64,000 bases of DNA from Acanthaster planci (Eukaryota): contig NW_019091355.1 in NCBI RefSeq assembly GCF_001949145.1, positions 4,351,374 to 4,415,373 of the forward strand, written 5' to 3'. Below are positions 26,810-39,655 of this stretch, piece by piece. Numbering within the stretch: position 1 is the first letter of the stretch; each line of letters begins with the position of its first letter. The position numbers and the translations under genes were made by a program. A model generated the notes under the pieces. It was given only the letters and a program-made list of their open reading frames with translations. It was not told the DNA's origin and did no database searches.

Positions 26810-27270
26810 GTATTCAAATGCCTTGTTAATTCTGCACGATCTTTTTAAAGAAAACTTTCAGCAGTTGTAAAAGTGAATATTGATATTTTGATTGCTAAAA
26901 TAAAACAAATAATACCAAACAAAAATTCTTTACGAGGGCAAATAAGGCATGTCGAGAGGGTGGGAGAACTTTGGGTGAAGGGGACCAGTGTGGATGTGGC
27001 AGCTGAGTAGTATGGTTTATGCACTTATGCTACTCTTGTTAACCACTTCATGCCAGATGACATGTAGGGTTTCCTGTCGGGTAACACAGAGGATGTTTGA
27101 ACACGCTTTGTGGCAAATTCTGTTTGCAGTACTGGGGTGATGTCTGTACTCAGCCCTAAGCTTCAGTGGTTCCCACTGTGTTTATACACATGCCGGCTCA
27201 AACTATTCCGTGGAGGTTGAGCTTGTGTGGTATTTAAGTGATAAGCTATTGTGGCACGCATCATTCGGCA

Positions 27271-27490
27271 ATCAGCTCCGAGCGGAACAAAAGAGGCCTG
27301 TTTTTTTTTGGTACCCACTGCATAGGCATGCCATTAGGCACGCAAGTGCACGTTTGACGAGGAGCACGCGTAACTTAATTATTAAGTTATGGTCTTTGCG
27401 TACTCGCAGAACGCATGCAAGAACCCGCTTGTAACCACCCGTCTTTCTTTTTACCGATTGGGGGTGCAGGTACTCCAGCTCGGGGCGGAT
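27271..27490. mobile_element. ~225-bp repeat family C, copy 2
   Basis: Colinear similarity with 22097-22326. Confidence 0.8.
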
Positions 27491-30400
27491 ACGGTTTCAG
27501 AGAGTTACATGTACATTTCAGCACAAGTTATGGCTACTGAAAGTCTCCACACTGAAGTCCAGTCTAGATACAGATACGATTCGAAACCAAACATAACCCC
27601 AATACTCTGAAATCCATAAGCCGGGTGTTCTGTTGAGTTTAAGACTTGAACTCTCTTCAACACGTTTTCTGACCTCATTAAAGATTTTCAGTCTTCCCAT
27701 GTATCTGGTTTGACCTTTGACTAGGACAGGCACTTAAGCAGCAACACAAATGCTAGGCGGTGACAAAAATGAATATTCACATCAGACTCGTGACACAAAT
27801 GTGCATTCTGCTCTTGAGCATACAAGAGCACTGATTGGTTGCAGGTGTTCATGTGCCTCGTGAATAGTTAATCATCCCCCTTACCGGCATCCTGATTATT
27901 AATAACCCCCTGTGCCTTCAGAATCTTCTCGTCTGTTGAGTGCGTTGTTAGAGCCGTGCTTATGTCAGCAACTGAAGGGGTTAAAGTTCCACACAGCAAA
28001 CCAAGCAGAAGAGGAATAAAATGGTTATTGGGGAATTCTTCTAGATTTAGTCTCCACTTCCTTTTCTGCCCTGCAGTTTGGAAAACAATGCTGGGTGGGC
28101 ACAGAACTAAAGTTGAAGTTTTCACTGGTACTCACAAGCCAGAACTGTTGACACTGTTTGAACGGTGGACAGGGATTTCAAACGAGCTACCAGTCAAATA
28201 GTCAAATGGCACAAAAGACATACTTTAAAATTGGTGCACGGCATTTCCAAACAGTTCTCTACAAAAGACAAACTGGGCACTGAAAAAAACAGAGGTAATG
28301 TCATTCAAGTGCAAAATGGTACCTACATGTAAAAATGTGAATTTATGAAGGTAAGCCTTACTCAGGGTCCACCAATTTCTTTTAAAAAAAACAGCTTGGC
28401 TAACAAAGTTGTGCACTCGATAGTGTGCAGAGTTGTATGAAAATTACTTGCAAACAACATTAAGCTACAATACCAGGTGGGTGTGCACAGGTATGTGTGT
28501 GCTATCATGTTTTCTAGTAGTACTCAACAAAACAACAAAAACTGCGAGGAACGTTCCGCTCGGTGGCGAGTTCCTTCTTTTGGGGACTTCCAAGGTATTC
28601 TCGTGGACTTCCAGTAAACTGACTTCTGGAGCAAGTTGCTCACGGAAAATTGTTCCAATCAGCAGAATGCTAATAGCAGACTTTGTATGGATGTTTCAAT
28701 GATGTATTCCCAACATAAAGGTTAATGTTTGGACTGAAATAGTTGATATGTTCATGCCTATCAAATACCGGTATTGTGGGGGGGGGGAAGAAAAGTTTGA
28801 ATAGAGAGGTGTAAAGTGCAAGTCACTCCGCGGAGTATCAGAGAGGCAGAGTACCATTTCTGGACTATCGTCCGGCTTGTTGGAAATCTGTGCAGTTTCT
28901 AGCGAAATGATTATAAACACAAAGACTGAGAAAAACTCCACTGCTGCACATGCTACGTGAATTACAGTCAAACCAATTCAATTCAGTGGCCACTATGGAC
29001 ACTTCACTTGTGCCTGTACATACCACCTGGCCATTAACAGCTGACCACATGACATGAGGCAGGTTTGTACTGATGACCACCATAAAAAGGTTGGACTGTC
29101 GGGGGAAATACTTACATGTCTGATACGGGTAAGATTTACAGAAAAATTCATTCTGGGATTTCAAAATAAGAAATGGAGAGAGAGATGGAAAAACGTGACC
29201 ATGCATAAGGCGGAAAAAGGGCATGCTACTGGTTTTTTAAAAGTGGAAGAGAGGAGAGAAAGACCAGAAACCTGAGAATTTGTGGTGTTTGCGTTTCCGA
29301 GGGCAAGGAAGAAGACGCCTCAGACCTTGACGATGGCTGCGTCGACCTAAATAGTCTGCTACAGAGGGAACGAGAAAGGAGCTGAGAAAATGAAGGTGTA
29401 GAGATAGACCCAACACCGAGATGGAATGGGTTAACTCGTTACCATGGTACGGGAACCAACAATGAAGGTTCATGACGACACGGGATACCCATGGTCTGAT
29501 CATAAAAAAACAATCATCCCAATACGACAGCTCAAGTAAGGATAACACAAAGACCATTTACCGATGGCAAGGACCCATGAAAGCAATCATATACTGATAC
29601 GCAGTGTATTGTGGTACAATCTCAAACCTCTTTTCTGGTTCATCAGCGTACATCAATTATCAGTATTAAGTGTACCAGTCAAATGAACCAGCAGCGTTTC
29701 ACAAGTGATCTGCTCTGTGAGAAGGAGATCGAAGCTGCCGTGGTCACTCAAGAGTTACATGTTCCGTCCTCGAAAAAACTCGAACGATCAAAATCAGTTG
29801 GAACCCTTGACATTTTTCACCCCCAGCGTCCATTTTCATGAGGATACCAAACTGAGCAGCCGCTCAAAACACAGAGCTCAAAAACTCAAAATTGACTCGG
29901 GTGATTTCTGACTTCTGTTCACAGAACGGGTCACAAGCATGAGACATATTAGTTCTACTATTGGACTCATCTTGGCATTTCTTCTAGAGACTTTTAGTAA
30001 GAGTGACGATCGGTAAGGACTATTTAGTGACAAACCGATTATGTACGCATGCAGGTAGTTCCAAGATAACAAGGTTTAAACGCTTTGTAGAAAGGGCCTC
30101 CAACAGCAAGGTGCAGACACATTTATGATAACCACTGATTTTTATGTGGCCCAGGGCACTGTGTAAGCCCAGGCATGCAATCATTTCCAAGGAAAAGCCA
30201 AAGATGTCATGCTGCCTTGAGAATAAAAAAGCCCACTGACCACATCACAGGAGACAATTGTCTGCTAAAACATGACTTTTGTAAAAAAAAAAAGGAATTG
30301 TTTAACTTGGGAAATGACAGGTCCTCTTCCTGACATTTCTAAATCCCTGAAACTTTCTTATTCTGGAGCCTAATGCTGAGGAAGATCAGGTGTTTTAGTG

Positions 30401-30873
30401 TTCACACGACTGCTCGCATACAGGTGGACTTGCACAAGTTTGGGGTTATATTCCCGCCACGTTAGCCTACCTCCTGCTTGGGGGACGTACCCTGACTGTA
30501 TCGCACAAAGTACTTCAAGGCAGGACAATCAAGGTATACACCCGGATTAAATGCATCATGTAATGACTGCAATCAACTTGAGGGTTAATAAATGAACTTC
30601 TGATGTAGGTCACTCCTTGCATCGTTGAGAACAACGATCAACGATCATCGCAAGAACATCCAATGACCAGAAATTAACTCAGGCAAATATTAACAGATAT
30701 TAAAAACTAAAAATGTCACTATGTCGGCAGTGATTGATAAACCTGATATTGACATTGAAATGATCTCTGTTACACTCAACGAAACGCTCTAGCATGAAAA
30801 TGCTTAGTGCCGAGTTGCTGAAAAAGATGTTTCAATAAACAAAAAAAAAACCTGTTCGAAACACAGTGGTTAC

Positions 30874-30950
30874 CGTTATCGCAGTCACACTGTTTGATCT
30901 TCTCCACAGCGATGACATCATCGTGACAGATTCTGCAATAGTAGTACGCC
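30874..30950 (-). CDS. KCNMA1: Slo1 exon with heme-binding CxxCH motif (AYYYCRICHDDVIAVEKIKQCDCDN)
   Basis: 77 nt; CRICH corresponds to CKACH; phase 2 to 1. Confidence 0.95.
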
Positions 30951-31714
30951 CTGAACGGAAAGTGACAGAGAGCACGACAACGATAAATACACACTTGGTA
31001 GGCACTTGAGAGATCCTGGGTAATGGGGAAAGCAAATTGGAAGAACTAAAAACTCTTTTAGGGGTCTTCCTGGTAATCTCTTTGAACCTTGTATGTTAAA
31101 AATATGGTTAGGGTTATATCCATCAGGTTTCAATCGGAACAAAGGTTTTGTTTTTCTGGTTGTCTGCAGTTGGCATTGTAATGAGTCACTGCCTTTTTGT
31201 GACTTGAGTGGAGTCGAATCATTTAAAGGATGTAGCCTGAGTTTACTGAGGTTACAGATCGAGAAGGTTGAATTGAGTCACAACAAACGGCCAAGTTCAG
31301 TCAGATTTATGCTTGAGTCAATTCGAGTCACTGATAGATTTATTTGGAGACTAACAAATTGGTACGAGAGACACAGAAATTTGGTTGGTATTGAGCAATT
31401 ATTTGTCGTTAGCATGAAACAAGCAAAACAAACAAGGTTGCAGCTCAGTAGTGATGGTCCACCGGGACTCTGTCTATATTTATACAGTTTGCATGATCCA
31501 TTCTGGGCACCAACAGTGGGGAAAGTTAAAATATTTGGCCAATACACTTTGAAAATTGGGATGTAAAATTGGTACCAAAATGACCAGAGAGCTTCCTGAA
31601 GGCCCTGCTCATTAAGACAGTGATCCAATGATATATGAGGGGGTGAGAATTTGTCCTCATCTTTTCAAGAGTTACTAACAGCAACAACTCGAGTAAATTA
31701 ACTGTGGGTCTTAC

Positions 31715-31801
31715 CGTTTGACCTCTTGAGCCGAGGGAGCAACAAAGAACCCCAAAGTTCCTTCGTGGATCTTGACATGAGGACCAGGATTGATGGCGAT
31801 T
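31715..31801 (-). CDS. KCNMA1: Slo1 exon, RCK1 ([29 protein letters not shown])
   Basis: 87 nt; phase 2 to 2. Confidence 0.96.
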
Positions 31802-32513
31802 CTGGAAGAAAAAAACCACACCGGGCTTACTAAAAACTATTTGAAAAGCACATGAACATGTGCATTTTAGGCAGGTGGAATACAAGTTTAGTTTACTATT
31901 AGTACAATCAACTGCTGTAAGCTTGTTGCCAACTTCAAGTAACCCCGATCGTACTCCAACCTGCTACTCCTTTTGAACTGAGAGGCCGTCACGATGTGGA
32001 GGTTTCTGTAACAAAGAGCCGTATTCGGGCATACTTAGATGTACTCTCCATGGAAACATATACCAGGCAAGATATGGGAGGGAGGGGTACCCCCTTACCT
32101 GTCCAATCCCTATGCACACAGTAGACTATTGTTACCTAACACATGCCCCCTAGAAGTCTGTAAAGAATTCCTGAGACTCCGATCAAACAATGACCAACAC
32201 AAAGGCGGAGGGGTTCTCTCCGTCCCATATCTTTCTTCAAATGTGAAAACATGCTGGATTCTGCCTGCAATAAAGTTTGTATCTGCAATTATTCCAAATG
32301 TCACAAGATGTGCCTCGCTGGCTTTGCTTTTACGTCTAATCTCACGGCTGGAAGGGGGGCGAGATCTTGGCTGTCCCGAGCCCAATTTTTTTAAAACTTG
32401 GCACACAAAAAAGACATTCATTATGAGTATATCTCTCAAGTTTAATTTCAATCCAAGTGTACATTGTACAAGTAGTTTCACCTGTTCTCCCGGCCATTTT
32501 GCTGGATACTTAC

Positions 32514-32582
32514 ATGCTCTCCACTGTGTCAATGTTGGACTCCACAGCTATCAGCAATAACTTCAGCTTCTGAAAGCACACT
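32514..32582 (-). CDS. KCNMA1: Slo1 exon, RCK1 (VCFQKLKLLLIAVESNIDTVES)
   Basis: 69 nt; long polypyrimidine acceptor, |gtaagt donor; phase 2 to 2. Confidence 0.95.
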
Positions 32583-33351
32583 CTAAAAAACACAAAGAAA
32601 CAGAAAAGAAAGCTGCCATTAAATATCATTCACCCTGAAACTATCAGCAATTAAGTTGATCGGGACATAAATAAAATTATCTGAATAAGAACATACTTTC
32701 ATCCCCTGAAACTAATTAATTTTTGTACCAAGGGGCTTTTTTCATCAATTAAAAAAAATGAACGCTCCTGAAACCAAAACTTCAGACACCAAATACCACA
32801 CACATTCCTAAATTTTGCAAACAAAAGTTTAATTATCGAGATTCTTCCATTCAAATAACCAGCTCACACTAATGTGAAAGGGCACTGACACCTTTTGGTA
32901 AACAGGAAAACTCACACAAGTACACTGCGCAAATATTTTTAACAAAGTTGAAAAAGAAACCTCCCCCCAAAAAATAAGAGAAAAATCTGAGCCTGGCTGC
33001 AGCAGAATGAAAAAAAGAAGATGTTTTGTAACATCTTTTTGACAGAGTCTAAGACAATGAGGTGAATGTGCTTAAAACATAGCGCCTTACCACCTGTTTC
33101 ATCTTCCGAAACCATGCTCCAGTACTTTTTATGTCATGTTCACTTATTTGATTTTCTTGGTTTTGTCTGTAATCTTAATTCTTCTTTGCTGAACCAATTT
33201 TAGAACTCGTTTAGTTCTTGTTTTGTTGTTTTAGATACAAGTTCTTAGTTCCTATTTAGGGTTTTATCACTTTTGTCTGAGGTACTCCGCTTTTTTTTTC
33301 CTTACAGAAAGTGCCAAATTAATACTTTTTATAAGTAGAGTGATTACTTAC

Positions 33352-33461
33352 TGGGCCACTTCAGGGAATGACATTCCAGTGAAAGATTTAGAAAGATACT
33401 CCGTGTACATCTCATTGCCGCAGCCTTGTAAGTAGTGTGTCTGCCAAGACACCTTACGACC
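33352..33461 (-). CDS. KCNMA1: Slo1 exon, RCK1 ([37 protein letters not shown])
   Basis: 110 nt; E535 equivalent in NEMYTEY; phase 0 to 2; |gtaagt donor. Confidence 0.96.
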
Positions 33462-35274
33462 CTGATTTTGAAGAGGACAGGAAAAGGCACACGGACAAGA
33501 ATTAACCAATTATTCTGAGCATTTAAGGTAATTTAGGGTTCCAGCTCACGAGTTTTAAATAACAGCCTAAGGGGCCCTGTTTGCTTCACAGAGATCTGGA
33601 TCCCGAGCAGTGGTCCCAATGCTGGTTTGCTCCATCCATTAGGTGGGTTCTGGTGTTGGTGAAACAATGATGGACGACTGATTGAGATTCTGATCCGTGT
33701 GGAACAAACTGACCACCAATTTTAGCTAAATGTACATTTTTTGCTGTCGTTTGCTTGTTTTTATGCAGTGCTAAACAGAACGTTTTTCTTCTTGCCAATC
33801 AGTCAGGATCTCAGTCTCAGTTTGTATATAATTATTCGCCACCATGGCAATGATTGCAATTGAGAGCTGGAACCCAAAAATCTAGAACGGGTTGAAATTA
33901 TTCCTGTCAAGTGTTATTTTCCAGATTTTTAAAAAAAGGCAATTGCAAAGGAAAGACCTTTATTCAGAGTTACTTGTAGTGGCTGAAATTTATCAGAAAG
34001 TCAAGGAAAACATAGAAAAATCAACTTAAGTTAGTAACATCTAAAGCAACTTAGGAAAAAAGGCTGTGCACATAATTAATGTGTTAATTTGTAATATGGT
34101 CAATAAAGCATTGGAAAGAAAGAAACACAGTTAATAATCAAATTTTCAACAATGTGACCATTTTTTTATAAATGTCAACATCTTAAGATGCCATGTATTC
34201 TACATATATTTGATGGTAAGTGACAGTCTATTTAGTAAAAATTACCATTCACAGCGTCATGTATGATTAATTCAAAAACAATAATGTTAGAAAAGAAAGC
34301 ATGATATGAGGAAAAAAAAGGAAAATTAACCTGAAATGTGATTATGGTAAGAAAAAGGGAACAGAGAAAGCTGGGACAGTGGATTCATGGACAAACCAAG
34401 TACTAAATCTCAGGGGTTAACTATACCAATCTCATCATAACTTGAGATAAAAAGCAAGGAATAATGATGGACTACTGAATGATAGGCCAAAGAATCTACA
34501 ACATTTGGGATTCTTTGAAGAATTTCACTTGAGATGAAATAGGGCAATGGAAATCTGTATTTTGGTAAAACGAGGTGACTTTTCCATGTATTCACATCAC
34601 GGCCAATAAACAGTCATTGCATATTCAAAGAAGAGTTGTTAATTTTTTGGGGAAAAGGTTTCGCAAACTGTACAACAAAGTAAAAATAACAACGTATGGC
34701 ATTTGGAAAATATACTCAAGTTGGGGGATTATTTCTTCATTATTGCAAGTTAATTCTCATAGTGCATGTTTAGTGAGCATTTCTCAAAATGCGTCCTTTG
34801 TTGACTTTACAACTGCATAAGAACTCTTACTGAAGAGGGTTGGCTCTGAAAAGGCACTCCGTTTGTTACATGTACAATGGCTCAATAACTCAGCATGACT
34901 TATTAGGCTGCCGAGAAAGTCCAAATGCATTCGCCTGATTGTAAGTTTCCTCAAGAGTGTTTGACAGTAGCAACTGCAAGTAGTCACAGCCTATTAATAC
35001 ATGTTGCCATGGAAGTCCTACGAATACATGTTGCCATGGTAGCCAACGTGCATTTGATTGACTGCAACCTTCCCGAAAGCATTTTGGCGGCAACAATTGC
35101 AAGTAATTATTTACAATGACTGCAACTGATGTATGTTCAGTTATGATGGCTGAAGATCTCCTGGAGGACGTAATGTCTGAAAAGATACCGTCTAGTTTTT
35201 CTTGCCGTTCGTGGTTACATTAACAATATTTTTCTATAAGTAAGATTTGAAGCTTTGCATGGCGGAAGTACATT

Positions 35275-35338
35275 GGGTGTAGGTTTGCGGGTACACCATG
35301 GAAAAATTTTTACATGGTGTACCCGCAAACCTACACCC
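35275..35338. repeat. 64-bp near-perfect palindrome
   Basis: gggtgtaggtttgcgggtacaccatg-gaaaaattttta-catggtgtacccgcaaacctacaccc. Confidence 0.9.
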
Positions 35339-35609
35339 TATATTTTTCTACACAAGCTCCAGTCTTCACACAGTCACTTATCCTTGTGAATCAAACAAGC
35401 TTGAAACTCAAGACAAACTTGCTGTGGCCAGTTTTCTCTAACATACATGCACCTTTTTGAGTTCTGGAAAGAAAGAAAGAAAAAAAAAGAAAGGATGAAA
35501 GTGCACGAAAAAACTTGTCGGATATCTTTCCGTGGAATAAATCACCGAGAGGACACTCAGGGCAGCGACGTGTGTACACTGTACCGGTACAACAAATGAA
35601 AAAGATAAA

Positions 35610-35729
35610 GGCTGTGTCCGAAAAGGGCTTCCAGAGCTACGGCTAGGTCTATTGTCTACGCGTCTCCACGCATTTCAAATGGAGCGAAGACCTAGACCTA
35701 GCTCTAGACAAAGAGATTCGGATGCAGCC
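35610..35729. mobile_element. ~120-bp MITE family A, copy 2
   Basis: TIR ggctgtgtccgaa / ttcggatgcagcc; closely similar to 51570-51688. Confidence 0.85.
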
Positions 35730-37220
35730 CAAAAAGCCAGCATGGCCACTGACGGATGTATGCCACTACACATGCACTACGCAAATCACACGAAAATGAG
35801 TCAACCGTGACCAGAAGAGCATTGATGAGGGGAAGGGTGAGCAGGGGACAAAGGTGAGGAAGTATGGTGCTGAAGTATTTAACTGCTGGGTGCAAGGCCT
35901 GGATTGGGGACTGTTTCCTCAAAGACAACTGACACGGTTGCGAGACATTAGCTATATACAAGTAGCCGTGGTCATTATAAACGGTGTTTAGAAAGAGTGA
36001 ACACTTTTAGTACATGTAGTTGTGATCTTCCTTTTTTAGTTTCTCAACTGAAGTCATAAATATTTAACCAATCATACGATAGAGCAAACTTGATAGAGCA
36101 AGTTTGCTTCCTTTCTTTCTTTGTTTAATTTTTTTTCCAAACTGACGCAGTGGATTTAGACACCTGGAAACATGTTTAATAGAAAAGTGTGAAATCTCGT
36201 TTTGTTGGGTGAGTCATGTAACTGATTCAAACTAACCCTATAATTAACCCAGAAGATAGTGAAATCTCAAAACAGTTTTACAGCATGTTTTGTTTGCCTA
36301 ATTCCTGTGCATTTCCTTTCTGAAATCAGTGCCAACAGTCAACAATCTGTGTATTTTTTCCTAAGCTTCAAAAGTGTTTCAGGAGGGCAAGGCCAACGGC
36401 CTGAGCTCCTCCTGGGGGAACGGCAAGTGGTGGGTAGAAGGTGCGGAGAGGCAGATGGTATAAATGTGGAGGGAAGTTGGGTATCGATACTTGTGAGGCA
36501 TGATGAAAGCGGACCGGGATAAACTGGCGGGATTTTACTTCAACGTCACTGGAGGGTTTACCGTTCACGGTCAAAGGTCACATAAACACACCTGATAGGC
36601 TGCTGCTCCGACTGAGAGAAAACCTTCACCTTCGTTCTGGGGGAGGGTTGGGGTTACGGGACCAAAAGATATCAGGGATACAGGGAGAGTTACAGGAATG
36701 GGAATAGACAAAACAAAGAAAACAATTCAACCACAGAAGAGAACGTAATAAGAAAAGATTCTGAGCAGGCTCGGAGTTTGATCTAACGATTCATGCTGAC
36801 ATATGAAACGCAAACCTTGACGGCAGTAACAAAACTGATCAAGTCTGCCCCAAATATTGGTACTAAGCAACGAAAGGTCTGTGTAATACGGTACTTTAAT
36901 TTTGGCTCGAACAGAGCCTACATAATATGGTTCCACAGAAGACATACATGTACATGTATTTGCCAGATGTTGATACCACTTAAGAAGCAAACGGCGGAAT
37001 TATACAGAAAATATGTACATGTAAAAAAAAAAAAGATGGAAAGATATATTTTGTTAGCAAACACCGAACAACTTATGTAAATAAAAGATCTTTTGGGACA
37101 AAACACATTCAAAAAAACTCAAAACGAAACCAGCATTTGGCACAATTCACAAACTGCTGCAGTGAAAAATAAAAGAACTAAACTTCACAAATTTGCAAAA
37201 TACTGCAGCTGCTCTCCGCA

Positions 37221-37279
37221 TTAACCCTAACACTCCTCAATCCTTCACCTGTTGGAGGACTGAGGAGTGTTAGGGTAAA
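37221..37279. mobile_element. 51-bp hairpin piggyBac-type mini element, copy 2
   Basis: Nearly identical to 15381-15439. Confidence 0.8.
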
Positions 37280-39655
37280 GCCAATTCATGCAAACTCTAA
37301 GAACAACCTTCCAAATGTCCAAAGTTTTGAAATGTGGGATAATCCCAGTAGCAAGGCCGGATGGATTGTCAGTTCATTTTGCGGAGTTTCTGAATCTTTA
37401 TGAGCTTCCATTCTCATTGAAATTTTCATTTCCATAGAGACCAGTGGAAATACATGAAGTTCTATGCAGTTGTTTATTTCAATGTCCCAAAAGTAATCAA
37501 TTTATGTCTTTCTCTTCAATATTTGTCTGTGTGAGGCATTTTCTTGAGTGTTTTCCTGAATAAAAAAAAAAAAAAAAAAAGACAGCAAGGCTAGCCCAAA
37601 CAAGGACGCTCATTCTGCTCAAAGTTAAATAGATTTGGCAAGTAATTGAATCCAAAGGCCACACAGATCTTCTGTTGCCACATTCTGAAAGCATTCTGTG
37701 GCATTTTAAGATGCAAATAAAGCAAACTTTGATCGATGCGGACAAAGCAGGCGAGAGACATTGAAGATAGTCTTAGAGTGCAATTTGTGCCCACACCAGT
37801 CAAGAGTTAGTCATAACAGTTTAGCTCTGTGACAATGAGAATCAAATTTCTGCCAAAATCTAAGCAGAGCACAATTTTTTGGATCAACTTGCACATACAG
37901 AGCCCTGTGAAAATACACATTTCAGAGATACTGTCTCCTTAGCCTTCCACAACTCCGCACATTGAGACCTACAGAAAGAGAAGTGCTGCTGCTTTTTAAG
38001 ATCTTTTTAAAGATCTGCACAGGTTGTGCCATTTTGTTATGATGAAAAGTCTTGACTGGACGGACCCCTTGCAATGGAATAACATGCAAAGCATGCCAGC
38101 CTCCCTCACAGGTGTACATACAGCCAGATCAGTGGACGGAACTTCATACAAACTGGTGTGACTAACACCCTTACTGAAGGCGGCTCGCTTAATCTGTGGA
38201 CAAAGGCAAGGCTCAGGACGTCTCACACATACATGTACACAGCACAAGGACAAAAGATGGCAAGTCCCAAGCAGTATTGTTCCCCTTCATGTTTATAGTT
38301 GAAGGGGAACAGTGTGGTTAATAGTGGTTGTACTGATTTCTGCTATCTTGATTTTACAAAACTGCTATCAAAAAAACGATCATCAAGAACAGAAATGCAG
38401 AAAAGACTTGAAAGATCATAGGGATTGGGGTTTAGCACCAATGCACTTCTTTTCAACTCCTGGAGTTTTGTTAGTTTAATTTTCAATCAATCTTAAAAAC
38501 TGCTTTGCGCTTAGTGCGCTTAGCATATGATCTACAGTATTGATCTCAAAGGGAATGATTGGTTTCAAGGTCATTTCAAAACCTTTCAAGGCTGACAATC
38601 AAATCTAATTTTTAGACGTCAATCAAAACTAACAAAACTATGAGAGTTTTTTACTCTCTCAGCGTATTAGAATTTACAGACTTCCTAAGCTCATGGAGAT
38701 TAAAGACCCGTCTATCTTGGAAGACTTTAAAGGGTCTTGAGGTTGCACTACACTAAATGTACACCCCCAGGAAACTTTGCAAAATCAGACAGACATAGCG
38801 CCACTTAGTGACCCAGGGGAGCAGATGGCTTTTCATTGGAAATTTAAGATCATGGCCACAACTTATGTTTTCTTTTCACTTACATGAGTTAGCCACAAAC
38901 AAGTTTTATTCGCCCTTCTGCGAAAGTACCCCCAAATATAGATACGTAGTAGCCAAACCATGCGCACAGGGTCTAAATGTAGCTATCCACCTCTACGTAA
39001 AATAGGCCCACAATTAAAATTAAAGTTGCAGGTTTTTGTGAACGAAATATCCCAAGTAGGAAGTAATATGCACATGTACTAAGCTTGCTTGTCAGTGAGC
39101 AAAGAGGACTGCACTTTTTTCTGTTACAGTAAAAGCAGAGTGTATTATGAGCAAAGCCCAGAGTCACCATCATTAATGATTTTAGGGTATTGTTTACACC
39201 AACCCTTCTGAACTCCGAGTCCAGTAATGAGTTTTTCTCGTTATGGTTTTATTTCTCTGAGCCACCCCCTCCACTCCTAAACAGATTATTATGTTTGCTC
39301 TGCAGTCTTAGAGCACAACCCGACAGCCGTGTTTTTATGAGGTTCACAAGAGTGCTGATGCATCCGAGGCACAGGGTAGGATGAAATGTACCGGTAGGCT
39401 CATGTACGGTAGCTGTGCGACATTGCATCTATAAAATGAGCGGCATTTGGCTTGCCAAGTCAAGCGTAATTATTCCCAGCACGCCAATAAGGAATGCATC
39501 ATTCTGTCCTGACATTCTAGGATGACATACAGCTCCTCCAATTCCTAGTAACGAGATGTTATGAATAATTCGTTGCGCGTAACAACCCATCAAAACTCTC
39601 CAGAGTGGTGATTTGCTGGAGGCACTGACAAGCTGTGCTGACACAAAATATCAGA

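Noticed and set aside
34935..34973. 39-nt in-frame segment LLLSNTLEETYNQ
   Set aside because: Would need a non-consensus GC donor (gcgaat)
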